Below the pieces are notes generated by a model. It searched no databases and had not been told where the DNA came from. It was given only the letters and a program-made list of their open reading frames with translations. Shown here one piece after another: positions 61,001 to 64,000 of a stretch of DNA of 64,000 bases. The DNA comes from Tubiluchus corallicola (Eukaryota; Animalia; Priapulida). How positions within the stretch are numbered: position 1 is the first letter of the stretch; each line of letters starts with the position of its first letter. The stretch is taken from the NCBI GenBank assembly GCA_030141605.1, contig JAQGDQ010000061.1, forward strand, positions 241,534 through 305,533, in the 5' to 3' direction. Position numbers and translations under genes: made by a program.

Positions 61001-64000
61001 GTTTTGTCTAACAAGTTGGTATATCGCCGAGTTTTGTCTAACAAGTTGGTATATCGCCGAGTTTTGTCTAACAAGTTGGTATATCGCCGAGTTTTGTCTA
61101 ACAAGTTGGTATATCGCCGAGTTTTGTCTAACAAGTTGGTATATCGCCGAGTTTTGTCTAACAAGTTGGTATATCGCCGAGTTTTGTCTAACAAGTTGGT
61201 ATATCGCCGAGTTTTGTCTAACAAGTTGGTATATCGCCGAGTTTTGTCTAACAAGTTGGTATATCGCCGAGTTTTGTCTAACAAGTTGGTATATCGCCGA
61301 GTTTTGTCTAACAAGTTGGTATATCGCCGAGTTTTGTCTAACAAGTTGGTATATCGCCGAGTTTTGTCTAACAAGTTGGTATATCGCCGAGTTTTGTCTA
61401 ACAAGTTGGTATATCGCCGAGTTTTGTCTAACAAGTTGGTATATCGCCGAGTTTTGTCTAACAAGTTGGTATATCGCCGAGTTTTGTCTAACAAGTTGGT
61501 ATATCGCCGAGTTTTGTCTAACAAGTTGGTATATCGCCGAGTTTTGTCCAACAATTTGGTATATCGCCGAGTTTTGTCGAACAAGTTGGTATATCGCCGA
61601 GTTTTGTCTAACAAGTTCGCATATTGCCGAGTTTTGTCTAACAAGTTCGTATATCGCCGAGTTTTGTCGAACAATTTGGTATATCGCCGAGTTTTGTCTA
61701 ACAAGTTCGTATATCGCCGAGTTTTGTCGAACAAGTTGGTATATCGCCGAGTTTTGTCTAGAAAGTTGGTATATCGCCGAGTTTTGTCTAACAAGTTGGT
61801 ATATCGCCGAGTTTTGTCGAACAAGTTGGTATATCGCCGAGTTTTGTCTAACAAGTTCGCATATCGCCGAGTTTTGTCTAACAAGTTCGTATATCGCCGA
61901 GTTTTGTCTAACAAGTTGGTATATCGCCGAGTTTTGTCTAACAAGTTGGTATATCGCCGAGTTTTGTCTAACAAGTTGGTATATCGCCGAGTTTTGTCTA
62001 GAAAGTTGGTATATTGCCGAGTTTTGTCTAACAAGTTGGTATATCGCCGAGTTTTGTCTAACAAGTTGGTATATCGCCGAGTTTTGTCTAACAAGTTGGT
62101 ATATCGCCGAGTTTTGTCTAACAAGTTCGTATATCGCCGAGTTTTGTCTAACAAGTTGGTATATCGCCGAGTTTTGTCTAACAAGTTGGTATATCGCCGA
62201 GTTTTGTCTAACAAGTTCGTATATCGCCGAGTTTTGTCTAACAAGTTGGTATATCGCCGAGTTTTGTCGAACAAGTTGGTATATCGCCGAGTTTTGTCTA
62301 ACAAGTTGGTATATCGCCGAGTTTTGTCTAACAAGTTCGTATATCGCCGAGTTTTGTCTAACAAGTTGGCATATCGCCGAGTTTTGTCTAACAAGTTCGT
62401 ATATCGCCGAGTTTTGTCTAACAAGTTGGTATATCGCCGAGTTTTGTCTAACAAGTTCGTATATCGCCGAGTTTTGTCTAACAAGTTGGTATATCGCCGA
62501 GTTTTGTCTAACAAGTTCGTATATCGCCGAGTTTTGTCTAACAAGTTCGTATATCGCCGAGTTTTGTCTAACAAGTTGGTATATCGCCGAGTTTTGTCTA
62601 ACAAGTTCGTATATCGCCGAGTTTTGTCTAACAAGTTCGTATATCGCCGAGTTTTGTCTAACAATTTGGTATATCGCCGAGTTTTGTCTAACAAGTTCGC
62701 ATATCGCCGAGTTTTGTCTAACAAGTTGGTATATCGCCGAGTTTTGTCTAACAAGTTGGCATATCGCCGAGTTTTGTCTAACAAGTTCGTATATCGCCGA
62801 GTTTTGTCTAACAAGTTGGTATATCGCCGAGTTTTGTCTAACAAGTTGGTATATCGCCGAGTTTTGTCTAACAAGTTGGTATATCGCCGAGTTTTGTCTA
62901 ACAAGTTCGCATATCGCCGAGTTTTGTCTAACAAGTTGGTATATCGCCGAGTTTTGTCTAACAAGTTGGTATATCGCCGAGTTTTGTCTAACAAGTTGGT
63001 ATATCGCCGAGTTTTGTCTAACAAGTTCGCATATCGCCGAGTTTTGTCTAACAAGTTCGTATATTGCCGAGTTTTGTCTAACAAGTTCGTATATCGCCGA
63101 GTTTTGTCTAACAAGTTGGCATATCGCCGAGTTTTGTCTAACAAGTTCGTATATCGCCGAGTTTTGTCTAACAAGTTGGTATATCGCCGAGTTTTGTCTA
63201 ACAAGTTCGTATATCGCCGAGTTTTGTCTAACAAGTTCGTATATCGCCGAGTTTTGTCTAACAAGTTCGTATATCGCCGAGTTTTGTCTAACAAGTTGGT
63301 ATATCGCCGAGTTTTGTCTAACAAGTTGGTATATCGCCGAGTTTTGTCTAACAAGTTGGTATATCGCCGAGTTTTGTCTAACAAGTTGGTATATCGCCGA
63401 GTTTTGTCTAACAAGTTGGTATATCGCCGAGTTTTGTCTAACAAGTTCGTATATCGCCGAGTTTTGTCTAACAAGTTGGTATATCGCCGAGTTTTGTCTA
63501 ACAAGTTGGTATATCGCCGAGTTTTGTCTAACAAGTTCGTATATCGCCGAGTTTTGTCTAACAAGTTGGTATATCGCCGAGTTTTGTCTAACAAGTTGGT
63601 ATATCGCCGAGTTTTGTCTAACAAGTTGGTATATCGCCGAGTTTTGTCTAACAAGTTGGTATATCGCCGAGTTTTGTCTAACAAGTTGGTATATCGCCGA
63701 GTTTTGTCTAACAAGTTGGTATATCGCCGAGTTTTGTCTAACAAGTTCGTATATCGCCGAGTTTTGTCTAACAAGTTGGTATATCGCCGAGTTTTGTCTA
63801 ACAAGTTGGTATATCGCCGAGTTTTGTCTAACAATTTGGTATATCGCCGAGTTTTGTCTAACAAGTTGGTATATCGCCGAGTTTTGTCTAACAAGTTGGT
63901 ATATCGCCGAGTTTTGTCTAACAAGTTGGTATATCGCCGAGTTTTGTCTAACAAGTTGGTATATCGCCGAGTTTTGTCGAACAAGTTGGTATATCGCCGA
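58072..64000. repeat. 30-bp tandem satellite/minisatellite, ~197 units, consensus GTTGGTATATCGCCGAGTTTTGTCTAACAA; continues beyond the window
   Basis: Directly visible head-to-tail array with no spacers. Confidence 0.99.

Noticed and set aside
60502-63984. 1160-aa ORF (LLDKTRRYTN)n and the other ORFs in 58027-60498
   Set aside because: A 30-bp unit lacking stops in some frames gives long ORFs automatically on both strands. There is no unique coding flank or true ATG start, and 28-bp units shift the frame.
58072-64000. CRISPR array (30-bp repeats with dyad symmetry)
   Set aside because: Units are head-to-tail with no unique spacers, there are no cas genes, and the context is eukaryotic.

Overview
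AT-rich, intron-containing animal genomic DNA, probably an invertebrate; the taxon cannot be determined from this window. Two genes lie on the + strand. The first is a complete BRPF1/Br140 (peregrin) family chromatin-reader gene, which I assembled by hand as 18 coding exons (27202..43509, all GT-AG, phases consistent, 4449 nt, 1482 aa: C2H2 finger, EPC-I, PHD-Zn knuckle-PHD, EPC-II, bromodomain, long Ser/acidic linker, PWWP). The second is exon 1 (signal peptide plus prodomain) of a myostatin/GDF11/myoglianin-type TGF-beta gene (54159..54732). Its presumed first intron holds a >5.9 kb array of a 30-bp quasi-palindromic satellite that runs off the window. The first ~26 kb is repeat-rich and I found no host gene there. 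It contains an internally deleted LINE with an LMDD RT motif, LINE 3' remnants, nested Tc1/mariner and Kolobok-type MITEs, hAT MITEs, Penelope-like remnants, two 5S rRNA-derived elements with a shared structured body, a ~1 kb decayed palindrome and many microsatellites. The best leads are an in-frame alternative donor that would insert 12 aa into the BRPF bromodomain ZA loop (paralleling human BRPF1A), the 5S-headed elements with partial ribozyme-like motifs, and the satellite architecture. All alignments were made by eye; no prokaryotic system or CRISPR array is present.
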